NCBI RefSeq assembly: GCF_039541115.1
Contig: NZ_BAABFP010000004.1
Location: forward strand, 310,001 to 374,000
Direction of reading: 5' to 3'
Length of the DNA: 64,000 nt
Source: Angustibacter luteus
GTDB lineage: Bacteria; Actinomycetota; Actinomycetes; Actinomycetales; Angustibacteraceae
The position numbers and the translations under genes are program-made. This document shows positions 1-9,803 of this stretch, piece by piece (the first letter of the stretch is position 1; every line of letters starts with the position of its first letter). Below the pieces are notes generated by a model. That model was not told the DNA's origin, ran no database searches, and worked only from the letters and a program-made list of their open reading frames with translations.

Positions 1-183
1 ATCGGCGAGGCGCGGGTCGGCGAGGCGCTGATGGGACTGCACCGGACCTGCCGCGAGGTCCGCTGGCTCGGGTCCTACCCGCGGGCCGACGCCAAGGCCA
101 TCACCGTCACGGTCTCGACCACCGACCAGGCCTTCGGCGACGCCGGCGACTGGCTCACCCGGCTCCGTTCCGGCGAGGCCTGA
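1..183 (+). CDS. pheA: prephenate dehydratase, C-terminal part (ACT domain), truncated by window edge
   Basis: Frame 1 reads IGEARVGEALMGLHRTCREVRWLGSYPRAD...; the (F/W)LGSYP motif is typical of the PheA C-terminus; pheA near serS is a common actinobacterial arrangement. Confidence 0.85.
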   Translation: MGEARVGEALMGLHRTCREVRWLGSYPRADAKAITVTVSTTDQAFGDAGDWLTRLRSGEA

Positions 184-197
184 CGCAAGGGTGGGGG

Positions 198-914
198 TTA
201 GGCGCGCTGCAGGGCCCGGCGTGCGATGAGCATGCAGATCAGCCCGTTCAGCATCCCGAAGGTCACGTCGGACGGGTGGTGCATGCCGCGGTAGAGCCGG
301 GCCGTCGCCACCGCGAACGGGATGATCGCGAAGCCGACCCCGAACAGCACCCGCAGCCACCGCCGCTCGAACTGCGTCGCGCAGATGATGGCGAGCCCGA
401 AGTACAGGGCGGACGACGCGCCGGTGTGCCCCGAGGGGAAGGACGACGTCGGGGGCGACTCGTCAAGCTTGGGGACGTCGGGGCGCTTGCGGTCGATCAT
501 GATCGTCACCAGCAGGAACACCAGCGCCTGCATCGAGACACCGACGATCAGCGCCACCGGCTCACGCAGCCGCCCGCTGAGCCGCCAGATGATGAACGCC
601 GAGACGAACATCCCGATGATGATCGTGCTGGTGTTGCCCAGGTGCGAGACGACGAGCGTGATGTCGTTCCAGCCCGGCGTCCGGTGCGAGGCGAACCAGC
701 GGTTGACGCCGTCCTCCCCCGAGATCGAGTCCTTCAGCTGGTGGCCGACGAGGTAGCCGACCCCGCAGAGGATGACGAACCAGCCGGCCACCGGCAGCAG
801 CACCTGGAGGGCGAGCACGGAGGCCAGCCGCCCGGCCGGGGGCAGCGAGCCGTCCGCCGGCTCGAGCCGGGGGTTGCGCGAACGCGTCGTCCCGGGGTCG
901 ACGAGTCCGGTCAT
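198..914 (-). CDS. PAP2-family membrane phosphatase
   Basis: RKRP...SSFPSGH...ARLYRGMHHPSDV catalytic motifs; hydrophobic helices. Confidence 0.9.
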   Translation of the reverse strand: MTGLVDPGTTRSRNPRLEPADGSLPPAGRLASVLALQVLLPVAGWFVILCGVGYLVGHQLKDSISGEDGVNRWFASHRTPGWNDITLVVSHLGNTSTIIIGMFVSAFIIWRLSGRLREPVALIVGVSMQALVFLLVTIMIDRKRPDVPKLDESPPTSSFPSGHTGASSALYFGLAIICATQFERRWLRVLFGVGFAIIPFAVATARLYRGMHHPSDVTFGMLNGLICMLIARRALQRA

Positions 915-926
915 GGGGGTGCTCCT

Positions 927-1673
927 TCAGTCGGTCTGATCTTCGACGGCGCGCTCGGCGCCGCGCAGGGCACGCTGCCGCAGAATCGGCCCGAACGCGA
1001 CCCAGGACGACGCCACGACCAGCCCGCCGACCAGGAACCCGGCGAGGACGTCGCTCGGGAAGTGCACGCCGAGCAGCAGCCGGTCGAAGCCGGTCGCCAG
1101 CACCAGCAGGGCGGCGACGGCCAGCAGGGCCGCCCGCCGGCGGCGCTTCTCGGCCGGTCGCCACAGCAGCACCACCAGCAGCGTGCAGCCGAGCATCGCG
1201 TTCAGCGCGTGCCCGGACGGGAAGCTGTACCCGCTCGCGGACGACACCGGGTGGTCGAGCACCGGCCGGGCCCGGGAGACGCCCAGCTTGATCAGCGCGC
1301 CGAGCAGCGTGCCGACGAGCATGGTGATCGCCGCCCACAGGGCCGCGGTCCGGGCGTCGCGGCGCCACAGCCAGATCGCGGCGAGCAGCACCGCGAACCG
1401 GAAGACGAAGGGGTGCAGCACGTAGCCGCCGATGTCCGCGGCATCGGCCAGCCACTCGTGCCGCAGCGCCCAGCCGGTCGTCGTCGTGACCACCCGCTGG
1501 TCGAACCGGACGACGGGTCCCGACGAGTCGCGCACGAGCAGGGCCAGCACGGTCACCAGGACGGCGCTCACGGCCATCGCCACCACCCCGGCGAGCAGTC
1601 GCGGCCGGGCCCGGCGGGTGTCGACCTCGACCGGGCTGGAGCTGCCGGCGTCGCCGGGACGACCAGCGGTCAC
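927..1673 (-). CDS. PAP2-family membrane phosphatase
   Basis: KLGVSRARP...SFPSGH...RLLLGVHFPSDV motifs; GTG start overlaps upstream stop (GTGA). Confidence 0.88.
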   Translation of the reverse strand: MTAGRPGDAGSSSPVEVDTRRARPRLLAGVVAMAVSAVLVTVLALLVRDSSGPVVRFDQRVVTTTTGWALRHEWLADAADIGGYVLHPFVFRFAVLLAAIWLWRRDARTAALWAAITMLVGTLLGALIKLGVSRARPVLDHPVSSASGYSFPSGHALNAMLGCTLLVVLLWRPAEKRRRRAALLAVAALLVLATGFDRLLLGVHFPSDVLAGFLVGGLVVASSWVAFGPILRQRALRGAERAVEDQTD

Positions 1674-2734
1674 GAGGAGAGGACCCGGTCCGCGGGCAGC
1701 CGGATCACCAGGGCACCCGGGTCGACCCGGGCCCGCAGCGCCCGCACCTGGCCGACGACGTCGCCGTCCAGCTGCGCCTCGGTCGGCCGGTCCACCCGCA
1801 CCGAGATCTCGTGGCAGCGCATCCGCTCCACCCGGTGGTGGCCGCGGCGGGTGAGCACCCGGACCGCGACGGTCGCCCAGCTGACCAGCCCCTTGGGGGT
1901 CAACGTGACCGCGTCGAGCCACCCGTCGTCCACCTCGGCGTCCGGGATGAGCCGGATGCCGCCGGTCAGGGTCCCGCAGTTGCCGACCAGCAGGGTGCTG
2001 ACCCGGCGGCTGAACTCGGGCTGGTCGTCGCGCACGATCGTCGCCTTGGCGCGCGGCGCCCGCAGGTGCTTGGCGCCCGAGACGGCGTAGGCGAGCCAGC
2101 CCACCTTGGCCTTCAGCTTCTCCGGCGCACCGGCCATCATCTGGGCGTCGAAGCCGAGCCCGGCCATGACCAGGAAGACCAGGGTCTGCGGGCGCTCGTC
2201 CTCACCGGACGGGTCGAACTCGACCAGCCCGACGTCGATCGCGTGGTCCTGGCCGGTCAGCGCCACGGCGAGCGCGTCGTCGATGCTGGACAGCGGCAGG
2301 TCGAGGTTGCGGGCCAGCAGGTTGCCGGTGCCACCGGGCAGCAGCCCGAGCGGCACCCCGGTGTGCACGAGGGCCTCGGCGACCTCCCGCACCGTGCCGT
2401 CGCCGCCGAGTGGGCAGACCAGGTCGACGCCGGCGTCCAGGGCCTGCCTCGCCTGGCCCTTGCCGTGGTCGTCCTCGGTCGTCTCCAGGAACATCGGGTC
2501 GGCCCACCCGTGCGTCCGGCAGACCCGCCTGACCTGGCTGCGCACGGCGTCCAGGTCGGAGAACTTGGTGGGGTTGATGATGATCGCGGCCTGCCGGATC
2601 GACCCGTCGTCCGGCGTGCTCGGCTCGAGCTCCTGCACCCGCGCGCGGTAGCGGTACAGCTGCACCGCGAGGCCGGTGAACGCGACGACGATCACGACGG
2701 CCGCGATGGCCAGGGCGATCGGGTGGACGGTCAT
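1670..2734 (-). CDS. diacylglycerol/lipid kinase family protein (YegS/DagK-like) with N-terminal TM helix
   Basis: [33 protein letters not shown] motifs. Confidence 0.9.
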   Translation of the reverse strand: MTVHPIALAIAAVVIVVAFTGLAVQLYRYRARVQELEPSTPDDGSIRQAAIIINPTKFSDLDAVRSQVRRVCRTHGWADPMFLETTEDDHGKGQARQALDAGVDLVCPLGGDGTVREVAEALVHTGVPLGLLPGGTGNLLARNLDLPLSSIDDALAVALTGQDHAIDVGLVEFDPSGEDERPQTLVFLVMAGLGFDAQMMAGAPEKLKAKVGWLAYAVSGAKHLRAPRAKATIVRDDQPEFSRRVSTLLVGNCGTLTGGIRLIPDAEVDDGWLDAVTLTPKGLVSWATVAVRVLTRRGHHRVERMRCHEISVRVDRPTEAQLDGDVVGQVRALRARVDPGALVIRLPADRVLSS

Positions 2735-2789
2735 GGTGCGCCAACATATCGGTGAGGTCGGCCATGCCGCGCGGGATAGGCTCGAGCGC

Positions 2790-4073
2790 GTGATCGATCT
2801 CAAGGTCCTCCGTGACGACCCCGACGCTGCTCGGGCCAGCCAGCGCGCCCGTGGCGAGGACGTCGAGCTGGTCGACGCCGTGCTGGCCGCCGACGAGGAG
2901 CGTCGCAGCAGCCTGGCCGAGTTCGAGCGGGCCCGAGCCGAGCAGAAGAGCTTCGGCAAGCAGGTGTCCACCGCCGCCAAGGAGGACAAGCCCGCGCTGA
3001 TCGCCCACGCCAAGACCCTCAGCGAGCGGGTCAAGGAGCTCGAGCAGCAGTCGGCCACCGCCGCCGACCACCTGAGCGGGCTGGTCCGCCGGGTCGGCAA
3101 CCTGATCGAGCCCGGGGTGCCGTCGGGCGGCGAGGACGACTTCGCGCTGCTGCACGAGGTCGGCGCCGCCCGCGACTTCGCCGCCGAGGGCTTCGAGCCG
3201 CGCGACCACGTCGAGCTCGGCGAGCTGCTCGGTGCCATCGACATCGCCCGTGGCGCCAAGGTCGGCGGCTCGCGCTTCTACTTCCTCACCGGCCAGGGCG
3301 CGCGGCTCGAGCTCGGCCTGCTCAACCTGGCGATGAGCCGGGCGATCGAGGCCGGCTTCAGCCCGATGATCGTGCCGACGCTGGTCAAGCCGGACGTCAT
3401 GGCCGGTGCCGGGTTCCTGGACGCGCACGCCAGCGAGGTCTACCGGCTCGCGGACGACGACCTGTACCTCACCGGGACGTCGGAGGTCGCGCTCGCCGGG
3501 TACCACGCCGACGAGATCGTCGACCTGAGCGACGGCCCGATCCGGTACGCCGGCTGGTCGACCTGCTACCGCCGTGAGGCGGGCTCGCACGGCAAGGACA
3601 CCCGCGGCATCATCCGGGTGCACCAGTTCCAGAAGATCGAGCTGTTCAGCTACTGCCCGGTCGAGGAGGCGGCCGCCGAGCACCAGCGGCTGCTGGCCTT
3701 CGAGCGCAGCCTGCTGGACGCCGTCGAGCTGCCCTACCGGGTGATCGACGTCGCCGCCGGCGACCTCGGCGGCCCCGCGGCCCGCAAGTACGACTGCGAG
3801 GCCTGGGTGCCGACCCAGGGCCGCTACCGCGAGCTGACCTCGACGTCCAACTGCACGACGTACCAGGCCCGCCGGCTCGGCACCCGCGAGCGCGACCCGG
3901 AGCGGGACGGCGCGACCCGGCCGGTCGCGACGCTCAACGGCACCGCGGCCACCACCCGGTGGTTGGTCGCGATCCTGGAGAACCACCAGCAGGCCGACGG
4001 CTCGGTCGTGGTCCCGCCGGCCCTGCGTCCCTTCGTCGGGCTGGACGTGCTCGAGCCGGTCCGGCGCGCGTGA
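2790..4073 (+). CDS. serS: serine--tRNA ligase
   Basis: MIDLKVLR start, [39 protein letters not shown] motifs. Confidence 0.98.
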   Translation: MIDLKVLRDDPDAARASQRARGEDVELVDAVLAADEERRSSLAEFERARAEQKSFGKQVSTAAKEDKPALIAHAKTLSERVKELEQQSATAADHLSGLVRRVGNLIEPGVPSGGEDDFALLHEVGAARDFAAEGFEPRDHVELGELLGAIDIARGAKVGGSRFYFLTGQGARLELGLLNLAMSRAIEAGFSPMIVPTLVKPDVMAGAGFLDAHASEVYRLADDDLYLTGTSEVALAGYHADEIVDLSDGPIRYAGWSTCYRREAGSHGKDTRGIIRVHQFQKIELFSYCPVEEAAAEHQRLLAFERSLLDAVELPYRVIDVAAGDLGGPAARKYDCEAWVPTQGRYRELTSTSNCTTYQARRLGTRERDPERDGATRPVATLNGTAATTRWLVAILENHQQADGSVVVPPALRPFVGLDVLEPVRRA

Positions 4074-4891
4074 GCGCTCCGACGCGGCCCCGCTGGCCGG
4101 TTGTCGCCCTCGACGTGGACGGCACGATCCTGGACCACGACGGCGGACTGACCGACCGGGTGCGGTCGGCGGTGCAGGCGGTGGCGGACTCCGGTCGCGA
4201 GGTGGTGCTGTCCACCGGGCGCTCGCTGATCGCCACCACCCCGGTGCTGGACCGGCTCAGCCTGACCCACGGGTACGCGGTGACCAGCAACGGCGCGGTG
4301 ACGCTGCGGCTGGACCCGAGCCTGGACGACGGCTACGAGCTCGCCGACGTGGTCACCTTCGACCCGCGGGACGCGCTCACCCTGCTGCGCGAGCACCTGC
4401 CGCAGGCCGTCTACGCGGTCGAGGACCTGGGCACCGGCTTCCGGCTCACCGCACCGTTCCCGGACGGCGAGCTGATCGGCACCATGTCCATCGTGCCGTT
4501 CGAGGACCTCTTCGAGCGGCCGGCCACCCGGGTGGTGGTCCGCAGCCCCGAGCACACCCCCGAGGACTTCCTCGAGCTGGTGGAGCGCCTCGGGCTGCAC
4601 GGCGGCAGCTACACCGTCGGCTGGACCGCCTGGCTGGACATCGCGCCCGAGGGCGTCAGCAAGGCGCACGGCCTGGCCTTCGCCGCGCAGTCCCTGGGGG
4701 TGGCCGCCGTCGACGTCCTCGCCGTGGGCGACGGTCGCAACGACCTCGAGATGTTCGCCTGGGCCGGCCGCTCGGTGGCCATGGGCCAGGCGCCGGCCGA
4801 GGTGCAGGACGCCGCCGACGAGGTGTGCGCCGACGTGTACGCGGACGGGCTCGCCGACGTCCTGGAACGCCTTGTCGCAGAGGGGAACTGA
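4070..4891 (+). CDS. Cof-type HAD-IIB hydrolase
   Basis: DVDGT, STGR, SNGA, GVSKA, GDGRND motifs; GTGA overlap with serS. Confidence 0.92.
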   Translation: MSAPTRPRWPVVALDVDGTILDHDGGLTDRVRSAVQAVADSGREVVLSTGRSLIATTPVLDRLSLTHGYAVTSNGAVTLRLDPSLDDGYELADVVTFDPRDALTLLREHLPQAVYAVEDLGTGFRLTAPFPDGELIGTMSIVPFEDLFERPATRVVVRSPEHTPEDFLELVERLGLHGGSYTVGWTAWLDIAPEGVSKAHGLAFAAQSLGVAAVDVLAVGDGRNDLEMFAWAGRSVAMGQAPAEVQDAADEVCADVYADGLADVLERLVAEGN

Positions 4892-4895
4892 GCCG

Positions 4896-5822
4896 ATGGC
4901 CGGATCGACGGACGAGCTGGACCTGGACGGCTGGGCGCAACGGGCCTGGGCCTGCCTCGAGATGCTGCACGTGCCCGGCTACTTCTCCGCCGAGTGCCGC
5001 ACCCAGTACAAGGCGCTCGGCCTGCACCCCGGGCTGGCGTACTTCCCGGTGCGGGCCGCCGCGATGGGGCCGGTGCCGGCCGAGGTCGTCGAAGCCACGT
5101 TCTACGTGTTCGCGCCGCGCCGGGTCCGGATGATCGTGCCCGAGTGCTGGCAGCAGGCGTCGCCCGAGCAGGTGCTCGCCGCCCGGCACGAGGGCGTGCA
5201 GCAGACCTTGCACGCGATCCTGGACGAGACGCTCGCCGCCGCCCCCGAGGGCGCGCTGGACGAGGCGGTCGCGCTGGTCCGGCAGGCCTGCGAGGGACTG
5301 ACCGCACCCGGCCGGCCGCTGTACGCCGGGCACGCGTCGCTGCCCTGGCCGGACGACCCGCTGCTGCAGCTCTGGCACGCCGCCACCCTGCTGCGCGAGC
5401 ACCGCGGGGACGGCCACGTCGCCGCCCTGCTGACCGCGGGGCTGAGCCCGCTCGATGCCATGTGGACGTACGGGCTGGCTGACACGGGCGGGCCGACGCT
5501 GCACTTCCTGCAGCAGAGCCGGGGCTGGACCGAGGCCGAGTGGCAGGAGTCCGCCGACCGGCTCATGGAGCAGGACCTGATCGGGAACGCCGACGGTGCC
5601 GGTGAGGCCGCAGGCGGCGTGCAGGGCAGCGGTCTGGAGCTCACCGCATCCGGCCGCGAGCTGCGCACCGAGCTGGAGGAGACCACCCAGCTGTCCGCGC
5701 TGGACGGCTGGGCCCACCTCGGGCTGGACGGCACTCGACGCCTCGCCGAGCTGCTGAACCCGTTGCGCCGCAGCGTGATCGCGTCCGGCGTGCTGGCACC
5801 GACCCGCGCGACCGCGGCCTGA
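4896..5822 (+). CDS. conserved actinobacterial protein (SCO6745-like family)
   Basis: YFPVRAAAMG, GRPLYAGH, LWHAATLLREHRGDGHVAAL, SRGW motifs. Confidence 0.75.
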   Translation: MAGSTDELDLDGWAQRAWACLEMLHVPGYFSAECRTQYKALGLHPGLAYFPVRAAAMGPVPAEVVEATFYVFAPRRVRMIVPECWQQASPEQVLAARHEGVQQTLHAILDETLAAAPEGALDEAVALVRQACEGLTAPGRPLYAGHASLPWPDDPLLQLWHAATLLREHRGDGHVAALLTAGLSPLDAMWTYGLADTGGPTLHFLQQSRGWTEAEWQESADRLMEQDLIGNADGAGEAAGGVQGSGLELTASGRELRTELEETTQLSALDGWAHLGLDGTRRLAELLNPLRRSVIASGVLAPTRATAA

Positions 5823-5838
5823 GCCAGCAGGGCCTGAG

Positions 5839-6957
5839 CTAGACCGGCCGAGCGGTCTGCTCGACGGCGTCGCGGACGACGTCCGCCATCGTGACGTCCC
5901 CCGACAGCGCGCCGCGGTGAAGCACCGTGCGCTGCCGCACCGCGCCCGGCCCGCGGTGCAGGAGGTCGGCGACACCGTCCTGCACCTCGTCCAGATCTCC
6001 GCTGTCCGCCAACGCCGGCCGGACGTGCTCGACCAGGGAGGCGACGACCTCGCTGGCCCGACGCGGTCGCCAGGTGCCGGGGTCGACGAGGTTCTCGTCC
6101 AGTCCGGAGCGCCCGGCCCGCCAGGAGGCCAGGCGCAGCAATGCCGTCGGGACGTCGTCCGGTGGCCGCCCGTCCCGCCAGTCGCGGACGGCGGTCTCGA
6201 CCAGCGCCCGGCACAGCGCCGCGACCAGCACCGTGTCCTGCGCCAGCAGGCACACGTCGGCCACCCGCACCTCGACCGTCGGGTACTGCGCGGACAGCCG
6301 CGCGTCGAAGTAGAGCATCCCGGCATCCAGCGGCACGTCCGTGGCCAGGTGCTCGGCGACCAGGCGGTGGTAGGCGTCCGCGGATCCCAACAGCTCCAAC
6401 GGTCCTGCGGTCGGCCACCGGTTCCACAGCTGCGACCGGAAGCTCCCGTAGCCGGAGTCGACGCCGGACCAGAACGGCGAGTTCACGCTGAGTGCGATGA
6501 GCGTCGGCAGCCACACCCGGATCCGGTCCAGCGCGGCCACACCCTCGTCGTCCGACTCGACCCCGACGTGCACGTGCAACCCGCAGGTGAGCTGCTCGCT
6601 CTCGGTCAGCCCGAACCGTTCGGCCATGGTCAGGTAGCGCGCGGCCGGCGTCGTGCGGGGAGTTGTCGGCAGCGGGGACGTCGCCAGCGCGGCGATCTGC
6701 GCGCCTACTCTGCCAGCGGCTTCAGCGGCCCGGGCCCGGGCGGCGACCACGTCGTCGGCGAGCGCGGACAGGTCGGTCTGGGGGTGGGTGTCGACCTCGA
6801 CCTGCTGCAGCTGGAGCTCGCCCTCGAGGGTGCCCCCCGGTGCGCCCGCCCCGTCGTCGCGGCCGTCCAACGCGACGACCGCCGCGGCGAGGGCCAGGGC
6901 CTGGCCGGTTTCGGGGTCGACGACGAGCAGCTCCTCCTCCACCCCGACCGTGCGCAT
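5839..6957 (-). CDS. glutamate--cysteine ligase family 2 / carboxylate-amine ligase (YbdK-like)
   Basis: TVGVEEE, CGLHVHVG, NSPFW, YPTVEVRVADV motifs. Confidence 0.92.
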   Translation of the reverse strand: MRTVGVEEELLVVDPETGQALALAAAVVALDGRDDGAGAPGGTLEGELQLQQVEVDTHPQTDLSALADDVVAARARAAEAAGRVGAQIAALATSPLPTTPRTTPAARYLTMAERFGLTESEQLTCGLHVHVGVESDDEGVAALDRIRVWLPTLIALSVNSPFWSGVDSGYGSFRSQLWNRWPTAGPLELLGSADAYHRLVAEHLATDVPLDAGMLYFDARLSAQYPTVEVRVADVCLLAQDTVLVAALCRALVETAVRDWRDGRPPDDVPTALLRLASWRAGRSGLDENLVDPGTWRPRRASEVVASLVEHVRPALADSGDLDEVQDGVADLLHRGPGAVRQRTVLHRGALSGDVTMADVVRDAVEQTARPV

Positions 6958-6976
6958 GCGTCGAAGTGTGGCGTGC

Positions 6977-9268
6977 CTACTGCTCCGGGGCGACTTCGAA
7001 CCAGACCACCTTGCCCGCGACGTCGTCGGACACCCCCCAGGACGTGGAGAGCAGGTCGAGGATGTCCAGGCCGCGGCCGTCCAGCGCGTCGTCCTGGCGC
7101 TCGGCCCGCAGCGGGTGCCGGGAGTTGTCGTCGCCGACCTCCACCCGGATCCGGTCGGTTCGCATGATCAGCCGGAGCCGGGCCTCGCTGCGGCCGTGGA
7201 TGAACGCGTTCGTCACGGTCTCGCTGGTCAGCAGGACGACCGTCTCGGTCGTGGCGATCAGGTACCCGGCCTGCCGGCAGTGCTGCTGGACGAACGAGCG
7301 AGCGCGACGGACGGCCCCGACGTCCGGCGGCAGCACCAGGGACACGTCCGAGCGACGGGCCGGCGTCGGAGCCCGGAGCTCGCTGTCCGCGCGGTCCGCG
7401 CGGTCGTCGGGGGCGTCCACCGCGGACCGGACGAACGTCGGCAGCTCCCCCGAGTCGTCCACCGGGTTGCAGCGGATCGCCAGCAGCGCGACGTCGTCCT
7501 CGGCGTCCGTGGGCAGCTCGCCCAGCAGCGCGTCGCACAGCGAGCCCAGCGGCAGGTTGGCGAGGGCCTGCACCCGGTGCCGCAGCCACTCCAGCCCCTG
7601 GGTCAGGGACTCGCCGCGCCGCTCCACCAGGCCGTCGGTGTACAGCAGCAACGTCATCCCCGGCTCCATCACGAGCCGGTGGTCGGTGCGCGCGGTCCCG
7701 GGCAGCAGGCCCAGCAGCAGCTCGGGCTCACTGACCAGCAGCTCGCCCTGCCCGTCCGCCGTCAACAGGATCGGTGGCGGGTGCCCCGCGTTCGACCAGC
7801 GCAGCGACCGCGTCACCGTCGTCCGGTCGCCCTCGACCTCGGCCTGCAGGTCCCGCTCGACCCGAGCCAGCACCGCGGTGGCCAGCGCGTCGACGTCCAG
7901 GTCCCGCAGCGCGTGGTCCAGACCCGTGAGCACCTCGGCCGGCGAGCCGTCCAGGCTGTGGGCCACCCCGCGCAGGACACCGCGCACCTGGGCCATCGAG
8001 GCGGTGGCCAGCCGGTCGTGCCCGGCGACGTCCCCGATCACCAGCATCGTGTCGCCGTCCGGCAGCGCGAAGGAGTCGTACCAGTCCCCGCCCACGTAGG
8101 CCTCGCGGGCCGCCGGCAGGTAGCGGGCGACCAGCTGCAGGTGCGCGGGCTGCGCCGGGTCGGTGAGCAGGCTGCGCTGCAGCGACTCCGACAGCAGTCG
8201 GGACGACATCGTCGCCTCCCGCTCGGCCTGGCGCGCCTGGATCCGTTGCAGCGCCTGGGCGCACTGGGCCGCGAACGCCGCCAGCAGCTCCTTCTCGTCG
8301 AGGGTGAAGGCGCGGGGCTCCACCCAGCTGACGGTCAGTGACCCGAGCAGCCGACCCTCGGCCAGCAGCGGCAGGGAGGCCCACGCGTCGCAGCCGGACG
8401 TCGCGTAGACGAGCTGCATCTCCTCGCCCCAGGCCAGTCCCTCGTCCCGGTTGCCCAGGTAGATCGGCTCCGGCACCACTGCGGCCACCACCGACGGCAG
8501 ACGGGTCGACGTCGGCATCTCCTGGCGCAGCCGCTGACCCTCGCGGCGGGTGTCCGTGATGGTCAGCCGCACCACCTGGTCCTGGTCGTCGCGCACCGCC
8601 ACACCGCCGCCGTCGCAGCCCATCGCCGCGACGCCGCGGACCACGATGAGGTCGGTGAGCTCCTCGACGGAGTCCGCCGCGGCCAGCTCGAGGGCGACGA
8701 ACGCGAGGCCCTGCAGCCGCCGTCCGACCTGGGCCTCCGCCGCGCTGAGGACGGCCATCTCGCGCTGCTGGACCACCAGGTCCGACTCCAGCCGCTGCGC
8801 GTGCTCCAGGAGCTCGACCTCGCGGCGCTCGTGCACCCGGCGCCGCTCCTCGTCGTGCACCGTGGCGGTCACGTCCGCGACGGTGCTGAGGACCAACCGG
8901 GTGTCCTTCGTGTCCTCGAGCGGCGAGTTCGTGACCGACCACCAGCGCTCGACGAAGGTCCCCGAGTCGGCGGGCAGCTCGATGTCGTGCCGCATGCGGG
9001 GGACGACGTGCGTCGCTCCGCTGTGCAGGGCGCGGGCGACGGAGTCGGTCAGCGGGCCGCCGGGGCCGACGACGCCGGGCTGGTCCGGGTTGGTGGGGAA
9101 GCTGTCCGCCACCGGACGGCCGACCAGCTGGTCGCGGCTGCGCCCGGTGAGCGCCAGCAACGCGTCGCTGACGGCGACGACCACGAGCTGCTCGTCCAGC
9201 AGCCAGCAGGGCAGCGGGACCGCAGCCAGGACGGCCCGGTAGTCGAGGACGGCATGCTCGTCCGCCAC
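6977..9268 (-). CDS. PAS-GAF-SpoIIE(PP2C)-HATPase_c sigma-factor regulator
   Basis: VGGDWYD, IGDVAGH, NAGHPPP, YTDGLVE, DDVALL; C-terminal SETVTNA...GRGL; GGAGGGAGG RBS before GTG 9268. Confidence 0.9.
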   Translation of the reverse strand: MADEHAVLDYRAVLAAVPLPCWLLDEQLVVVAVSDALLALTGRSRDQLVGRPVADSFPTNPDQPGVVGPGGPLTDSVARALHSGATHVVPRMRHDIELPADSGTFVERWWSVTNSPLEDTKDTRLVLSTVADVTATVHDEERRRVHERREVELLEHAQRLESDLVVQQREMAVLSAAEAQVGRRLQGLAFVALELAAADSVEELTDLIVVRGVAAMGCDGGGVAVRDDQDQVVRLTITDTRREGQRLRQEMPTSTRLPSVVAAVVPEPIYLGNRDEGLAWGEEMQLVYATSGCDAWASLPLLAEGRLLGSLTVSWVEPRAFTLDEKELLAAFAAQCAQALQRIQARQAEREATMSSRLLSESLQRSLLTDPAQPAHLQLVARYLPAAREAYVGGDWYDSFALPDGDTMLVIGDVAGHDRLATASMAQVRGVLRGVAHSLDGSPAEVLTGLDHALRDLDVDALATAVLARVERDLQAEVEGDRTTVTRSLRWSNAGHPPPILLTADGQGELLVSEPELLLGLLPGTARTDHRLVMEPGMTLLLYTDGLVERRGESLTQGLEWLRHRVQALANLPLGSLCDALLGELPTDAEDDVALLAIRCNPVDDSGELPTFVRSAVDAPDDRADRADSELRAPTPARRSDVSLVLPPDVGAVRRARSFVQQHCRQAGYLIATTETVVLLTSETVTNAFIHGRSEARLRLIMRTDRIRVEVGDDNSRHPLRAERQDDALDGRGLDILDLLSTSWGVSDDVAGKVVWFEVAPEQ

Positions 9269-9521
9269 GGCCCTCCCTCCGCAGTCCTTGGCTGCCGCCA
9301 TTGGCCGCCCATCGATCCCCGCACCCTGCGTGCGTCCCCAGAGTCTCCACCAGGATGCGCTCCGAACGCGACGCATCGGACATGTCGCCGCCAATTCCAC
9401 CCCATCGGGCCTGTCCGCCTGGAGGGACGCGCCTTCCGTGCTCGCGCTCTGAGTGGCAGGGTCCGGCCTGGGGGGCTAGGTATGAACCTCACGACCCCGC
9501 ACGCGACTCGAGGAGGAACCC

Positions 9522-9803
9522 ATGAGCGACGACACCCAGGACCCGACCACGGAAGGCCCCGCCGACGGCGGTGCCAGCGGCACGCCCGGCCAGCACGACG
9601 GTGGTGCTGACGGTGGCGCGGATGGCGGTGCTGACGGTGGCGCTGACGGCGGTGCTGACGGTGGCGCCGATGGCGGTGCTGACGGTGGCGCCGATGGCGG
9701 TGCTGACGGTGGCGCTGACGGCGGCGCTGACGGTGGTGCTGACGGTGGTGCTGACGGTGGCGCTGACGGTGGCGCCGATGGCGGTGCTGACGGCAGCGCC
9801 TGA
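9522..9803 (+). CDS. 93-aa acidic Gly-rich repeat peptide: 25-aa leader + (DGGA)x16 + DGSA
   Basis: AGGAGG RBS at 9511-9516; repeat units differ almost only at synonymous third positions. Confidence 0.85.
   Translation: MSDDTQDPTTEGPADGGASGTPGQHDGGADGGADGGADGGADGGADGGADGGADGGADGGADGGADGGADGGADGGADGGADGGADGGADGSA
9597..9800 (+). repeat. 12-bp tandem repeat x17, GA(C/T)GG(T/C)GG(T/C)GCN, coding
   Basis: Counted directly in the sequence. Confidence 0.97.

Noticed and set aside
9455..9485. SigB/SigF-type promoter for the repeat peptide (AGGTAT -10)
   Set aside because: The -35 element does not match GTTT and the -10 is imperfect
9597..9800. Tandem repeat as a CRISPR array or non-coding VNTR
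   Set aside because: No spacers, a 12-bp unit, no cas genes; variation is synonymous within an ORF that has an RBS
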